Source: Emiliania huxleyi CCMP1516
Taxonomy: Eukaryota
Assembly: GCF_000372725.1 (NCBI RefSeq)
Contig: NW_005201792.1
Coordinates: forward strand, 165,452-229,451
Length of the DNA: 64,000 bases
Direction: 5' to 3'
Part shown: piece by piece, positions 33,950 through 47,071 of the stretch
Layout: each line of letters starts with the position of its first letter
Numbering within the stretch: position 1 is the stretch's first letter
Translations under genes and position numbers: made by a program
Notes under the pieces: model-generated
Databases searched by the model: none
What the model saw: only the letters and a program-made list of their open reading frames with translations
What the model was told of the DNA's origin: nothing

Positions 33950-34513
33950 TCACGAAAGATGCGAATAGGTGCTATGGCGGTGCGATGCTGGCACGTCGAG
34001 ACAGTTGGCGATGCACCTGACAAATCTAGATCGCCAGCCGCCGGCGGCGAAGGTGGAGGCCGACGTTACCACTAGATGTGCGAGCCTCTTTGGGTGTAGC
34101 CGCAGGTGACCGTTGCCATCTGGTGCCACGAGGAGGAGCGCCCCGTCGTTGCTCACGTCGTCGTGCGTGGTAAAGTAATTGCGCGCGGAGAAGAGGTTGG
34201 TGCGGTCGAGGTCTCCTGCGACAAAGCAGGCCCGCGCCGCGCGCCGGTTGAGCATCCAGTTGTGTGAGGCGGTCTCCACAAAGAGCTGCACGTCCATCTT
34301 CCCTTCGAGTGAGCCGGCTGCAAACTTGAACTCTTCATCCGACTCCTCACGCAAGCGTGAGCGATCACCAAGAAAGCCGAGCTGCCGCTCGAGTATGTCA
34401 AAGTCTCGCTTTGCAAGAGCTCGGTCATCCGCCTTTGGGGACTCGGCCGCCTGTGGCGGCCGCTCCGGTATCAGCGCATTCTCCGGGCCCTTGGCGCCGA
34501 AAGCGTCGTACAT
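33950..34513 (-). CDS. Hypothetical protein fragment, EF-hand-like
   Basis: EEFKFAAGSLEGKMDVQLF..ACFVAGDLDRTNLFS; boundaries uncertain. Confidence 0.35.
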   Translation of the reverse strand: MYDAFGAKGPENALIPERPPQAAESPKADDRALAKRDFDILERQLGFLGDRSRLREESDEEFKFAAGSLEGKMDVQLFVETASHNWMLNRRAARACFVAGDLDRTNLFSARNYFTTHDDVSNDGALLLVAPDGNGHLRLHPKRLAHLVVTSASTFAAGGWRSRFVRCIANCLDVPASHRHSTYSHLS

Positions 34514-35532
34514 GCTTCGTTCGCGACGCTTGAGACCCGAAAACGTCCGTCCGTACCGGCGAGCCGAGTTCCCCCACCCGTATGTGGGTATATTACCCGT
34601 TAGCTCGGCCTATGGGTTCTTGTTAGCAGGTCAAGACACAGAGCTCACACAAAATCACAGCGGGAGGAAAGCGGCGAGTCGCATTCCAGGGGTCGTTGTG
34701 GCGGGCCACCCTGTCCAGAGAGGCACGCGGGTAGGTGCCAAAATCTGGGGTCTTTTCGACCGAGTCTATGATCACCGAGCGATGGAGATGGTGCGGGAGA
34801 GTACGGGTGTTCCACGACACGCACCGACCCTTCACGAACCGAACGGCTGTGCCCAGGCGCCAGGGAAGGCACAGTCCTTGGCGCCGGATTGCGTGTCCGC
34901 CGTGTCAAGGCACAATCCCAAGGCACAATCCCAGGGAAGGCACACGTGTTCTTGGCGCCGGATTGCGTGTCCGCCGTGTCAAAAAAACTGGGACCAGGAA
35001 CCGGACAAAGGTAGGTAGGGTATAGCTATAGGAAGGTGAAGAGCAGTCAGGCTCGGACTGGACACCAGCGCGGTATGGGTGGACGCTGGACAGAAGAGGA
35101 CGGCACGCGCGAGCGACGCACAGACACACACAAGCTCACAAGACACTCAGCCAGCTGGGCTGCCACACATCCCGAGTGACCGTACGGCACTACGCCACTC
35201 GGGGCCACGTGCCCCCTGTCGCCCCCCCCCTGCACAAAGGCCCAGATTGAAACAGAAAAAAAGCCCCGCGATAATATCTACCCTTATAAGTCTCTCGTGT
35301 CCGCGCCGACGCTCTTTTAACCGTAGAACGTCCCACCTGAACACCGCCCGCCGACGATCGCTTGATCGGTCACACCGCCATCGCCGTCGGGGAGAGGGGG
35401 GACGACACTGCTTTGGCAGCGTGCACCTCGATCCTGCACCGTGTTTGTTATGACCCCCCCCCCCCAATGAACACACCAGTGAGGGAGGGCGAGACGATCG
35501 AGGGGTCCCGTACCATGCGGAATCGACCCTAT

Positions 35533-36402
35533 CTGAGGGAGGGTGTAGAGGATGTAGAGTGTAGAGCGCTGTAGAGCTGTAGAGATGTAGAGCGCTCTGG
35601 AGCGCTGTAGAGCTGTAGAGCTCTACATCCGCCGCGTGACGAACTGCGTGCGTTGTAGAGCGATGTAGAGGCGCTCTACAACGTGAAATCTCTACAACAA
35701 ACTCTACATGATAAGCGGCGAACGAGGCACGGTCGCTCTCCGACATGAGGCGCGTTGCACTTGCCAGTGCTGCCCTGGCCTTCTGTCTGCCCGCCCAATG
35801 GGTGGCAGGTGCCTCTGCTGCTGTGGCATGCCTCACGGCTGCGACTGGCCGGCGCCTCGGCGCGTCAGCTCGGCTCGGCGTAGCGATAGCCGATAGTGGC
35901 CAGCGCAACTCGCTTGGACTCAACGCTCAGGCCAGGAGCTCCCGCACGCGCTGGCGCGAGTCATGGCGCATGCAATGCGCCTGAATGCTCGCCTCGCCTC
36001 GCGCAAATGCGACCGTCCTCGCAGCCGACAGTCCACCGCCTGCTAAAGAAGCACAGCGACGAATGCGGCACCGGCGACGTATGGCAGGCTGGTCATGACG
36101 AAGTTATAGGGTGTTGTGTGCCGTCAGAGTGCCTCTCTGTGTAGTCAGGGCCGTCCATCAGAGCTCCAGTAAGCTGGGAGACACCCCATTAGCGCGGCTC
36201 GACCTCTTTAAGCCACTGCCTTCCCGGCGGTTTGGCTGTAGAGCCTCTACAACAAACTCTACAGCAAAATCGCGCTCTACATCGCTCTACAACGCACGCA
36301 GTTCGTCACGCGGCGGATGTAGAGCTCTACAGCTCTACAGCGCTCTACATCTCTACAGCTCTACAGCGCTCTACACTCTACATCCTCTACACCCTCCCTC
36401 AG
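35533..36402. mobile_element. 870 bp foldback-like TIR element with GTAGAG repeats and 8-bp TSD
   Basis: ~130 bp TIR starting CTGAGGGAGGGTGTAGAG; TSD GACCCTAT; empty paralogous site at ~43777-43790. Confidence 0.92.
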
Positions 36403-37497
36403 GACCCTATCCAGTGCTCAAGTGCTCAAGTTTTAGGTATGTTGTTGTGGGTTGCGGGAAGAAAACGTCGCATTAGAAACCACGCCGAGCGATTTCCGCA
36501 AAAATCTAAGAAACCACGGCGCGCCGCAGGCGCGGCCCCGGAAAAGGCCAGAAACGAGTGTGAACCCCGGGGTTGTGCGTTTACGTGAACGGGAGCCCTC
36601 GCCCCGGTCTGGTCGTGGTCGAGACCGAGGTGTCGAACTGAGAGCCACTACTGGAGGCTACCTCCGGCCACCGCTCGACTACCCACGCACATGGCCGGTC
36701 CTGTGGCTTGCCTGGACTCGCTCAGAAGCCTCACTTCGTGCACACCTTTGCTCTCTGGCTCCCGCGAGTGCGTTCAGGCCACTCAAGCAGGCGACGCCGA
36801 GCACCCGCAGCGCATCTCGCCGGGGCGCCACCTATCGACCCGACTGATTGGCAGCATCAAAGCCGACCCCATGACGGTCCTTCAGCCCACGAGATAGGCA
36901 GATGCGCCCTGATCTCGGTCCAAGACGGCCAACGCTGTGTCCGGCACCTGCTGGCTGCTTCACGGGGATGCACCCCCCCGGACACATGCTGCAGCCCCGA
37001 GTGGATGTATTGGTCGATTGTGGGTCCTACAAGACTACTCTAGTAGGGGCCGGGCGCTTGAGCGTCGGCGGTACACCTGTGCAGATGTTGCACGGGTGAA
37101 ATGGCTCCTCGTACAGGGTAGGAGGCAGGTGGTGGGTTTGAGTGTCGTGAGTGCTTGCAGCCGCGAGTACAGCACCGTTTGTGACTCCCATGGATGCAGT
37201 TGGGTGGGGCACGGTGCTGGGGGGCGGTCTGGTGCGCCACAACAGCCTCCCCGGCTCACCCCCATCCAGTTCGACACCTCCCTCCATCCCGACCGTGGAA
37301 CCGGTCATATCTCGGGCGGACTGGCACCTCAGGAGCTCATCCTGGGCGGTTTTGGGGAGTGTTGGGGGTGTACTTGAAGGTGGGAAAAAGAGTTTTGCAC
37401 GAGATCTTAACCGGGAGTCAGCCTGACGACCGTGAATTCTCTTCTCCTGACGCAGGTGCGGACGGCGCCCAGCTGCTGGACAGCGCCGCTGGACAGC

Positions 37498-38310
37498 ATG
37501 GTGCTTTTTCGTTCGGCGCGCTTACTCCCGCGGCTCTTCAGGCCGCAAGCCGTGGCGCGCCTGGCCGCAGCGCGCCGCTTGAGCACAAAGCCGCCGCCCT
37601 CCGAGCCCGCTCCGCCGCCGCCGCCGCCGCCAGCCGATGAGCCACCGGCCGGCGCAAAAGACGATGACAGTGACGCTGGCCTGCGCGAACGGCTGCTGGA
37701 GGCCGCGCTGAAGGAGGTTCCGGCGCACGGCTGGAGCGTCGCCGCGCTCTCCGCTGGCGCCGTCACGCTGGGCCTCTCTCCCACAGCGCACGGCGTCCTG
37801 CCACGCGGGCCTATCGAGCTGGTGCGCCACTTTTCGGCGCAGTGCGATGAGGCACTCAAGAAGGAGATCGAGGCGAGGAGCGAGGAGCTGGGGGCGCTGG
37901 AGACGCACAATCGCCTCATTATTGCCATCGAGACGCGCCTCGCGCTCCTGCAGCCGCACGCTGCGACGTGGCCGCAGGCTCTGGCGCTGCGTGCGCTGCC
38001 GACCAACCTCCTCGAGTCGTTGCAGGACGCGCAAGCGCTGAGTGAGCTCCTGCTCACGGCGTGCGGCGACGCCGCCGCCACCGAAGTGGCACCGAAGTTG
38101 ATGGACCCGCACCTCAAGCGCGCCTCGCTCGCCGCCGTCTACGGCGCCGCTGAGCTCTACATGCTCACCGACCGCTCTCCCGGCTTCACCGACACGTCGT
38201 GCTTTGTGGAGCGAGAGGTGGCGGCGCTGCAGCAGGCGGCGGGCGCCGCCACCTACCTCGGCGGCCTGAACCCGGCCTCCATTTTGGCGTCCCTCCTCCC
38301 TCGCAAATAG
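37498..38310 (+). CDS. COQ9: Ubiquinone biosynthesis protein COQ9, mitochondrial
   Basis: RLLEAALKEVPAHGWS, GPIELVRHF, WPQALAL, KRASLAAVYGAAELYMLTDRSPGFTDT; Arg-rich presequence. Confidence 0.9.
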   Translation: MVLFRSARLLPRLFRPQAVARLAAARRLSTKPPPSEPAPPPPPPPADEPPAGAKDDDSDAGLRERLLEAALKEVPAHGWSVAALSAGAVTLGLSPTAHGVLPRGPIELVRHFSAQCDEALKKEIEARSEELGALETHNRLIIAIETRLALLQPHAATWPQALALRALPTNLLESLQDAQALSELLLTACGDAAATEVAPKLMDPHLKRASLAAVYGAAELYMLTDRSPGFTDTSCFVEREVAALQQAAGAATYLGGLNPASILASLLPRK

Positions 38311-38836
38311 TCCAGAGCTTGGCGACGCCCCCGCGCCGATGAGTGTGTGCAGCATTAACAATTCGTCTTGAGAGATGAGAGGCCTGGTCGCCCTCTTCGT
38401 GTGTCTAGTCTGTTAGGAGGAGCAGTTGGTTGGTCTTGTTGTATGTGGTGGTGGAGCGCGTTGTTGCTACGAGAGCGAAAAAAAGCTGGAAAAATAGCAA
38501 AACGATCCGCTGCGACGCCCCCCCGGCCCCGCAGGACACGCAGCGGACGAGTGGCATTTCTTGCATTATTAACGCACAGTATATACCTAGCTGAGATCCT
38601 GAGAACACGGCGAGCGAGAGGCGGCAGGCGCGCACTGCGAGGGCGAGACTCTTGTAGACAGAGCCGTACGTGCAGACGTGTGGTCGGCGCAAGCGCGAAG
38701 CGGACGTACGGGGCGCAAGTGTGGCGACGTATGGCGTGGGCGGCCGTGTGTCGTGCAAGCAAGCAAGCCGGCCGCCTCGCCGTCGCCCGTGGATGCGGCC
38801 CTGCGTCTGACACCGGCCGCAGCCCGAGCCGGTCGG

Positions 38837-41800
38837 TCAAGAGAGGAGCACGATGTTGCCGTCGTCGAGCCCGCAGAAGAGGGCCGTCCCGTCCGCGGAG
38901 GGGGTGAGGCAGACCACCTCGACGTGCATGCCCTGCGGCTGGTCGAGGGGCAGCGAGTGGACCTGCCGCAGCTCGGGCGCCTCCCCCTCGAGCGTCGCCG
39001 TGTCCCAGAGGGAGACTGTGCCGTCCTCTGTGCCAGTCGCGAGGCAGTGCGAGGCGATGTGCCACGACATGGCCGAGACCGCGCAGCCGAAGCCGCCGAC
39101 GTGCGCCAGGCAGGCGCCGGAGGGCAGCGCCCACGCGCGCAAGCCCTGGCCGTCGTTGGACCCCGTGAATGCGATTCGGCGGGAGCGGCTGAGCGCGAGG
39201 CACATCACGCCTGTTCACGGGCGCGCAGCTGTGAAGAGGCGCATGTCACGCGCGACCCACGTGGGAGAGAGAGACGCGGCGACGCAGCGGCTCGGGGGGC
39301 GGGAGGGGGGCGGGCGGGGGGGGGGGCAAAGCCTGCGTTATGCGTCAGCGTGACGCGATGCGACCAGCCGCCGCCAGCCCCTCCGCCGCCCCCAGCCCCT
39401 CCGGCTCCGGCGGCGGAAGCCCCGCCGCCGCCGCCCCCGCCGCCGCCCCCGCCCGGCGCACGCATCCACACCTTTGCGGTGGAGTCGAAGGAGGCGGTGA
39501 GCAGCATCCCGTCCGCCTGCACCTCGTCGGGCGGCTTCGCGACGAGCAGCGCCATCACCCAGTCTTCGCCAGTCGGCTCGTGCGCGTTGAGCGCCTGCGG
39601 CCGGGCGAAGAGGAGTTGGTGGAGAGGTGGGTTGATCACTTGCGCCCGCAGCAGCGTCCTGGTTGCTCTTGGAGGACGTCTCATGACCCTCGGCGGATCT
39701 CGGCGGGTCTCGACGGGTCTCGGCGGGTCTCGGCGGGTCTCGGCGGGTCTCTGGCTCCTCGCCTGCAGCAGCGTCCCGGACGCCGAGCTCCAGACGCAGA
39801 CGGAGCCGTCCTGCGCCCCGGACACGAGCAGCGGCGCGTGGCGCGAGGCGCACACGGGCGTCAGCGCGACGCACATCACCTGCGAGGGCGTGCCGGTCGG
39901 GTCACAGCAAGAGAGCTGCCGAGGCGGCTCTGAGAGGGCTACCGAGCCTCGTCGCAGGCACCTGCGAGGGCGAGCTCAGCTGCGGCACGTGCTGCAGCCG
40001 CAGCAGCGAGTACAGCAAGAATACGCCCGCGTCCTTGTGCAGCCGGAAGAGAGCGACCGACCCGTCCTCGCACCCACACGCCAGCGTCGAGCCAAGCAGC
40101 GCCACCGAGTTGACCTCGCCGCCGCCGGCCGGCTGGGAAGACTGCCTCGACCACTGCTTGGCCGACTGCAGCGTGGTGCCGAGGCCTCCTCCGCCAGAGG
40201 CAGCCTCGCGCCGTGACCACAGGTGGAGGTGCCCGTCGAGCCCGCCTGCTCACACCCTCCCTCCTCACGCCACCTCTCTCTCTCTCTCTTCTCGCCGCGC
40301 AGCCCGTCGAGCGCTGCCACTGACATCGCTCGGCTCGATCTCGGATGTATCTCGGCTGAGTGCGCGCCCGCGACGAGGCCGGTGCCGCAATCGGTCACCA
40401 CGATGGCCTGCAGCGGCCTGTCGAGCGGGTTCTCGAGCAGCGCGACCTGCGGACGTGCCGTGGACGTGCCGTGGACGTGTCGTGGACGTGCCGTCCCTCC
40501 TTCGGCTCCTCGAGCAGCGCCCACCTGGCTCAGCTCCGGCAGCGGCGGCGGCGCCGGGTCGTGGGCAGCGGAGCCGCGCGTGTGCGAAGCGGCGCTCGGC
40601 GGCCCCGCGCTGCGCTCGTACCGGTCCGACGACTGGCGGCGGGCGAGGCGAGGCGCGTTGACTGGCGCCGAGTGGCTCCGCTCGCAGCCGTTGTCGCCCG
40701 TCAGCGAGCGGCGCGGCGGCGGAGGGCGATCAATGCGCGAGGCTGCAGCTGCGGCGCTCGCAGGCGGAGGCGGCTCGAGGTTCCGGCCGGGCGGGTAGAG
40801 GGGCCGCGGGGAAGAGTTGTTTGAGCGGCGCTCTCTCTCGCCCACCGGCGAGGCGCCTGCAGCGCGAGAGAGGCGCGTCTCAGCCGGGTGCAGCAGCGTC
40901 TCAGCCGGGTGCAGCAGGAGGATGCAGCTGGGTACGAGGCGGTGTCGAGTGCGCGTCAGAGCGCTGGGATCCGTATCCTGCATCTAGAGGAGCCGCCGGT
41001 AGAGATCGGGCGCGTGAGGAGGCCGGAGGCAGTCTCCCCGCCGGCGGCTCTCCCGCCTGCAGGAAGGTTCCGAGAACGCTCCGAGAAGGCTCCATTGCTA
41101 GACTCTGGCGCCGTCGGCTAGCGTGCCGTTGCTGCCGCCGGCGCCGCCGCGACCATCCTCGGCGACCGCGCGCGGCGGGCGGCGCAGCCGCACCTCCTCC
41201 GAGCGCGGCCTCTGGGCTGGGTAGCGGGCCGACGCAGGCGGCGCAGAGGAGACGCCTCCAGCAGAGAGGCCTGCCGCAGTGGAGGGGAGGAGGGCGAGGG
41301 TGAGGGTGGGTGGGGCGAGGCGCGAAAACTGCCGCGCGGCAGCGCACCGGCGTGGGAGGTCGGCGAGAGCGGCGGCGGCGAGTAGGCGTTGGTGTGCTCC
41401 GCGCCCTCCGACGCGTCGCCCTCGCCAGTGCCGGTGGCGGAGCCGGCAGCAGCTGCAGCCGAGGCGCCGGCTGGTGCGCCCGCCTCTGACACGCGCAGCT
41501 GTAGCTCGTAGCGCTCGGCGAGCAGCCTGCGTCGCGGAGGGGAGTCAGCAGGCCGGGGCGGGGAGGGAGTGGCGGCAGCGACACACCGCGACGAGTCTGA
41601 GAGAGCAGTCACGCGAGGCGCCGTGGACGGGCGGGCGAGGGAGCGCCCGGCCAACGCGCCCGCCGGCGTGAACCGAGTGCCGAGCTCGGAGAGCTCGGAC
41701 GGGTCCAGCTCACTGCCTGGCACGCGAGGGGGTGAGCTCCTGCTTCGATCACTGAACGCACGGAGCTCGGCAACAGCAGCCTCGAGGGCGACGATGCGTG

Positions 41801-41906
41801 ACTGCTGATCTCTGATCTGCTCCTGCTGCGCCTTGATCTGCTCCTGTTGCCGCAGCAGCCGCCCCTCGACCCTGTCTAGTCTCGAGTCTGACGTGGATGC
41901 TGCCAT
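38837..41906 (-). CDS. WD40-repeat protein with an N-terminal coiled coil, multi-exon
   Basis: LLVSGAQDGSVCVWS, LLTASFDSTAKVW, LATGTEDGTVSLWD; Gln-rich coil near the start. Confidence 0.75.
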
Positions 41907-42286
41907 AGAGAGGAGAGAGAGAGGCACAGCTCTGACGTGGATGCTGCCGCGGAGGCTGTGCCGCGGAGGGTGTGCCGCTCTCCCTCTCTCAAAAAAAGAA
42001 TGGGCGCCAATTCCCATCCCTCCCGTGTAACTGTTTTCTTTCTTTTGCAGCTGGGTGAACAAGACGCATGTTAAAAAAGACTGGCAGCGGCCCCCTTCTG
42101 CGCGGTGCCATCTGTGTACTGACAACCCGGGAAGCGAACCTTGCGCACGTGCTAACAAACTGAAATCAGACGAACTGAGACCCCTTCCTCGGCGCTGCTG
42201 GCCCACGCCGGCACGCCTGGGCACCTGAGTGTCCAGAGCTCGCGGCGGCCCCGGGGTGCCGTCTACGCCCCAAGCCCCAAACACAG

Positions 42287-42688
42287 CTATATCTCCACTT
42301 TGGCCTCGTCTTCTGCGTCCGGGACGGCGTCACTCTCGGCGTCACTGTCCGCCGCCGCCGACCCGGCATCACCGCCTGCGCGCCTCTGCTGCCTTTCCAC
42401 TGACCGCTTGCTTCTTTGCTGCCGCTCCTCCGTCGTGAGACACCGGTTGAACTTCTGCTGGCGTTTGGTGTCAATCTCGCCCGGCTCGAGCTCCTCGGCT
42501 CCGTACACTTCAGCATAGCAATGCTGGCTCTGGCAGCGCAGCACGCAGTTTGTACGCTCGTCGTCGTGAACGCCGCGGCACTCACCACGCTCGCACTCAC
42601 GGCGTTTTACAGCAGCCGCGCGCGACTGCCGCTTGCGTGCGCCCGATACTATGGCCAGGCCGAGGAGAAGTAGTGTGGCTGAACGCAT
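42287..42688 (-). CDS. DUF4787-like small secreted Cys-rich protein
   Basis: Signal peptide; NCVLRCQSQHCYAEVYGAEELEPGEID..FNRC. Confidence 0.8.
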   Translation of the reverse strand: MRSATLLLLGLAIVSGARKRQSRAAAVKRRECERGECRGVHDDERTNCVLRCQSQHCYAEVYGAEELEPGEIDTKRQQKFNRCLTTEERQQRSKRSVERQQRRAGGDAGSAAADSDAESDAVPDAEDEAKVEI

Positions 42689-44389
42689 TCCGTCAAGTAG
42701 GCGCGTGCCGGCACGGCAGCCGGCCGACTGTCGTAAGCCCGAGGAAAGAGAAAGAAGAATTTTCCAGCAACTCACTCGCACGACACTAGGCACGGGACTG
42801 GCGCGCACTGGCACTAATACAGGTACACCAGAGAAATAAAAAGAAATTCTGGTTACTCCGCCTCGTTTTCTTTCTTTCTTCCCAATGTTGATGAAACTGA
42901 AGCCCAACGAAGCCCAACCCGAGCGAGAGAACCCAGCAGGACCAGGTCTGACGCACTACCTCACTGGGCCTGAGATCATCGAGACAGCGCCCGTCACCGT
43001 CACTCTCGGGTTTGTGTGGAGTCGAACCACTCCGGGATGAGCGAGCTCATCGCTTTAAATTGCGCTCTTTCTCACACCTGTTGCAGGCAGCGGAGGATAT
43101 GTGCGCCAATTTGTTGGAGCAGGGCATGAGGGGGGGGGGGGGGGATTTTAGCCGGTTGGAAAAGCCGAAAAGGTAGAGTAGCAACTGGAGACGTACTACA
43201 CACTCGAACCTCGCTCCCCACGCATGGTACCACGCGAACTTATTAAAATTTAAATAAATCAATAAAACGGTCAAACTCTGAACGAGATAAAATAAATAAA
43301 AACGGACACCTCTCTACTGTGTGATGGGTAAAAAGGAACAGGCCCCCGCCCTTGCGATCTTTGTGCAGGGTTCTTTGTGGGTGTGGTCGGCGACTAGCCG
43401 GGGTCGTCCTCCCGCCGGGGGACTAGCTGGACTAGCTCTGAACGAGATGGGATTCCTTGACAGCCATTTTATGTGTGTAAATCGCGTAAAGAGGTTTCCC
43501 CCTTGTGCTTGTGTGCCAGCCAGAGCCGTTTGCGATAGGTCCAATCGGGCGGCATGCACTTGGAGCACTTGGAGTGCAGTCGGCAACCGCACGCCCAGGA
43601 CCGGGGAGCTAAGAAGCGCACCCGAGAGGGGGGACACCGCTCGATCTACTCTCTGGGGTCCCTCAGCGGCGTGCACCTCGATCCTGTACCGTGTTTGTTA
43701 TGACCCCCCCCCCCCCCCCTGACCACACCAGCGAGGGAGGGCGAGACGATCGAGGGGTCCCGTACCATGCGGAATCGACCTTATCCAGTGTTCAAGTGCT
43801 CAAGCGCACACAGTTGGCCAGCTAGTTGGCCAGACGATTGGTATCGGGTTGCGCGAGAGTTTTCTTTTTTTGGCGACCGCCGCGGTAGGACGGTACCGCT
43901 ACGCCAGGACAAGGAATCGAACGGTTCAGCTGCTGCTGTTCGAGTCGTTCGGCGGGTTCCGGGAAGGAAGGGGGTCTCGGCGAGGGATCCTCTGGTGCTC
44001 TGGAAGGCGGCGAACGTGCTGCAGAACAAGCTGACGCAGGCCCAGCAGTCGCCAGTACCTCGACGAGGTGACTTGCACCACCAAGAATTGGCTAGGGCTG
44101 CAGAAGCAGCGTATCTCATACGTTCTTCATTCAGACAGACAGACGGCCATCGCAGAGCAGATTGTGAATGAGCTTGCCTGTGGCTCGAGGCCTGTGGCGG
44201 GGGCGGTCGAGTCGAGTGCACGGAGCTAAGTGCCTCGCCGCCCTCGCGGGAGTCGCTTGGCGGCTCCCGTTGTGTACCTGTGTTAGCCCAGTGCGCGCCA
44301 GCCCACGGCATTTTTTTTTCTTGCCTGGACTTCGGCGGTGAGTGCGGATCTGTGCCGTCGGCGAAGGAGCTGAGCGCGCTCTCGCTCAG

Positions 44390-45075
44390 ATGTCATCGGA
44401 GCCTTTCGCTACTTCCGCACCCCTGGAGCCGAAGCTGTACTTTGCCAACGAGCGCACCTTCCTCCACTGGCGCGTGCCCCCCTCCCCCCCCCTCTCGCTC
44501 GCGTTGCTTTCGTGCGTCATCTTTGCAATCAGCTGTTGTGCTTCCTCCGTTCGGCAGGTTGCACGCGTGCCTGACGCTCGCTTCAGTTGGCATGGTTCGC
44601 ACCCTCGCGCCGCACCTCGGCTGCCGAAGCTTCTCCTTGAGAGCGCGCACCGCGCCGCCTCAGGTCCTCACCTCGGCCGCTGATCGCGACAACCCGATGC
44701 TTCTCTGCATCGGCGTCGCGCTCTCCGGAGTGTCTCTCTTCCTCATGTGGTGCGATGGATAGTGAGTGATAGACGCGCGACCGCGCGGCACCCGAGCTCT
44801 CCCGAGGAGAGCTTCAACGCCCGCCAAGAGCTGCCCACTTCCCGCCAGGTACGCGTATCGCACCTTCCTCTGGCGCATGGCCCGCATTCGCTCGCGCGCC
44901 GCCGAGCGCGCCGACGACCCGGTCTCACCGCTCGAGGACGCCGCACCGCTGCTCGCGCCTCTGACGCCGTCGGACGGGACGGTAGGTGGGCCCGATTGTT
45001 ATCTCCGCCTCGGTGGTCGTCGCTCTCGCCGCCTCGGCAATGCTCGCCTTCTCGTCGTCTCTCGGACCGGCCTAG
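44390..45075 (+). CDS. Vtc1-like (DUF202) vacuolar polyphosphate complex subunit, multi-exon
   Basis: EPKLYFANERTFLHWL; YAYRTFLWR..IRSR..DDPVGP; three TM segments. Confidence 0.85.
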
Positions 45076-45401
45076 CCCTGCGGGATCTCGACACCGCCAG
45101 CAGGTCGCTCCCAACGTGCCACGGCAAGAACACAGGCGGCCGATCCCTCCGACACGTTTGCCAGCCGGGTGCCCTATACCTGCTGGCCGCTACGGAGAGG
45201 ACCCGCCTCTGAGGATGTGCTTGCTAGCACTCGAGTGCACATACACAAATTACACCGTGACTGATCTCTGTCCATCTCCACTGTCGACTCTCTCGTGTAA
45301 AGGCGTACGTCCTCGCTCACATACTCTCCCGCGCGCCGCACACACCGACACGTACCCGGCGCAGATCCTCTCCCTTTGTGTGTGTTCTTTGTATACACTA
45401 T

Positions 45402-47071
45402 TCATCCGTGAGCTCGAGGTGTCAAGCCCCACGCCTCCTCTCGGTCCTGCAGCTTCTGAAGCAACGCTGCCGCCGCACCGTGGCCCCGCTCGATCGCGAT
45501 CTCCAGCGCGGTGCGGCCCGCCGAATCGCGCGCCGTCGCCTCGAGCCTCAGGCGCGACTCGCCGCAGCGCTCGATGAGCAGGCGCAGCGCACGCACCTGG
45601 CGGCCGGCGGGCGGCTCGCGCCAAAGACGAGAGAAACGTGTGCTCCGGGGTGCCACCTCGCCGGAGAGGGGACTGTGGGCAAGCATCTAGGTCCAGCCGC
45701 GCCCCTCCCATGTCTGCGACGAGGTGCAAGGCGGTGGAGCGGTCGGGAGTGGTCGCGGTGAGGTCCGCCGCGCTGAGGTGCGGCAGGAGGAGCTCGAGGA
45801 GCGCCGGCTTGTCCCACGCGCCTGCGAGCGGGGGGGGGGGGGGGGGCTGGGCAGCGAGGGACCCTAGGGGCGGCGAGTGAAGTCGCTGCGACGCTGCCTG
45901 CCACCGCCTAGAGAGGAGCGCAAGAGGAGCAGACGACAGGCGAGAGAGGAGCCAGAGGAGCGAGCGAGCGCAAGAGAGGCGAGAGGGGGCGACAGGGGTC
46001 GAGAGGGGTGTAAGGCGGCAGCGTACAGAACTTGTGGTGCGCAGAGAGCCCAAACGCGTCCCTGCCCGCCGGCTCCACGCTGCCGCAGGCGAGGAGCCGC
46101 GCCACCTCGGCCTCGTCGCCAGGCCACTCGACGAGCTTGCTGAGAGCGGGTCTGCGCCCCGCCGTTGCTGGCGCCGAGGGCGGACTGGCGGCCGCACCAG
46201 CGCCGCTCGACGGCGGCGCCTCACTGGCTGCTGGTGCGGCTGCCCGCCGTGCCGCGATCCGCGCAGCGGCAGCGGCGAGCTGCTCGCTATCGCCGATTCC
46301 TCCATGGCGCGGTGGCGGCGGTGGCGGCGGTGGCGGCGGTGGCGGCGGTGGCGGCGGTGGCGGCGGTGGCGGCGGTGGCGGCGGTGGCGGCGGTGGCGGC
46401 GGCGGCGGCGGTGGCGGGATTCCTCCCGCCCCTCTACCCCGCCTGTCGGCGATTGCCTCGGCGAGGTCGTTTGCCAGAGCCACTCGCATACTAGCGAACG
46501 CGGCGTGGTCCGGCTCCACTGCAGCGGCCGCGCCTTCGACAGACCTCGTGGCTCTTTTGGGCAGCGACTCGGCGTCCGGGAGACCGAAGCGGGCGGGATT
46601 CGACCCTTGCTGCTCGGCGACAGCCGAGGCGGAGCGGCCCCAACGGTCGACTGCGAAAGCGGAGGCACCGGCGGAGAGGAGTGCGGCCACGCAGGAGCTG
46701 CTGTCACCCGCCACGGCCACGTGCAGTGGTGTCTCTTCCCACTCGTTGCGCTGGTCCACGCTGAGGCCGGCTGCGAGCAAACGCAAGAGGGACGTCAGTG
46801 CATTCGACGACGCGGCCACGTGGAGCGCGCTCATGCCATGTGCGCTCTTCGCACTGACGTCTGTCCGCCCATCGCACAGCAGAGCATCGACACACTTCGC
46901 CTCGTCGGAGGCACACGCCCAGTGCAGCGCCGGCATGGCGTGGCGACCGTCGCGTGCGTTTGGGTCGGCGCCGCCGGCGAGCAGGGCTGCGAGCGCTTCA
47001 GCGTCGCCGCGCATGGCGGCGTCCAGGACAGCGTCGGCAGTGTCCTCGGCCGTGTTGTTGTCGGCCGTCAT
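45402..47071 (-). CDS. Ankyrin-repeat protein with a polyproline tract
   Basis: ALHWAC, SALHVAA, TPLHVAV, TALHL, GRTALEIA. Confidence 0.85.
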
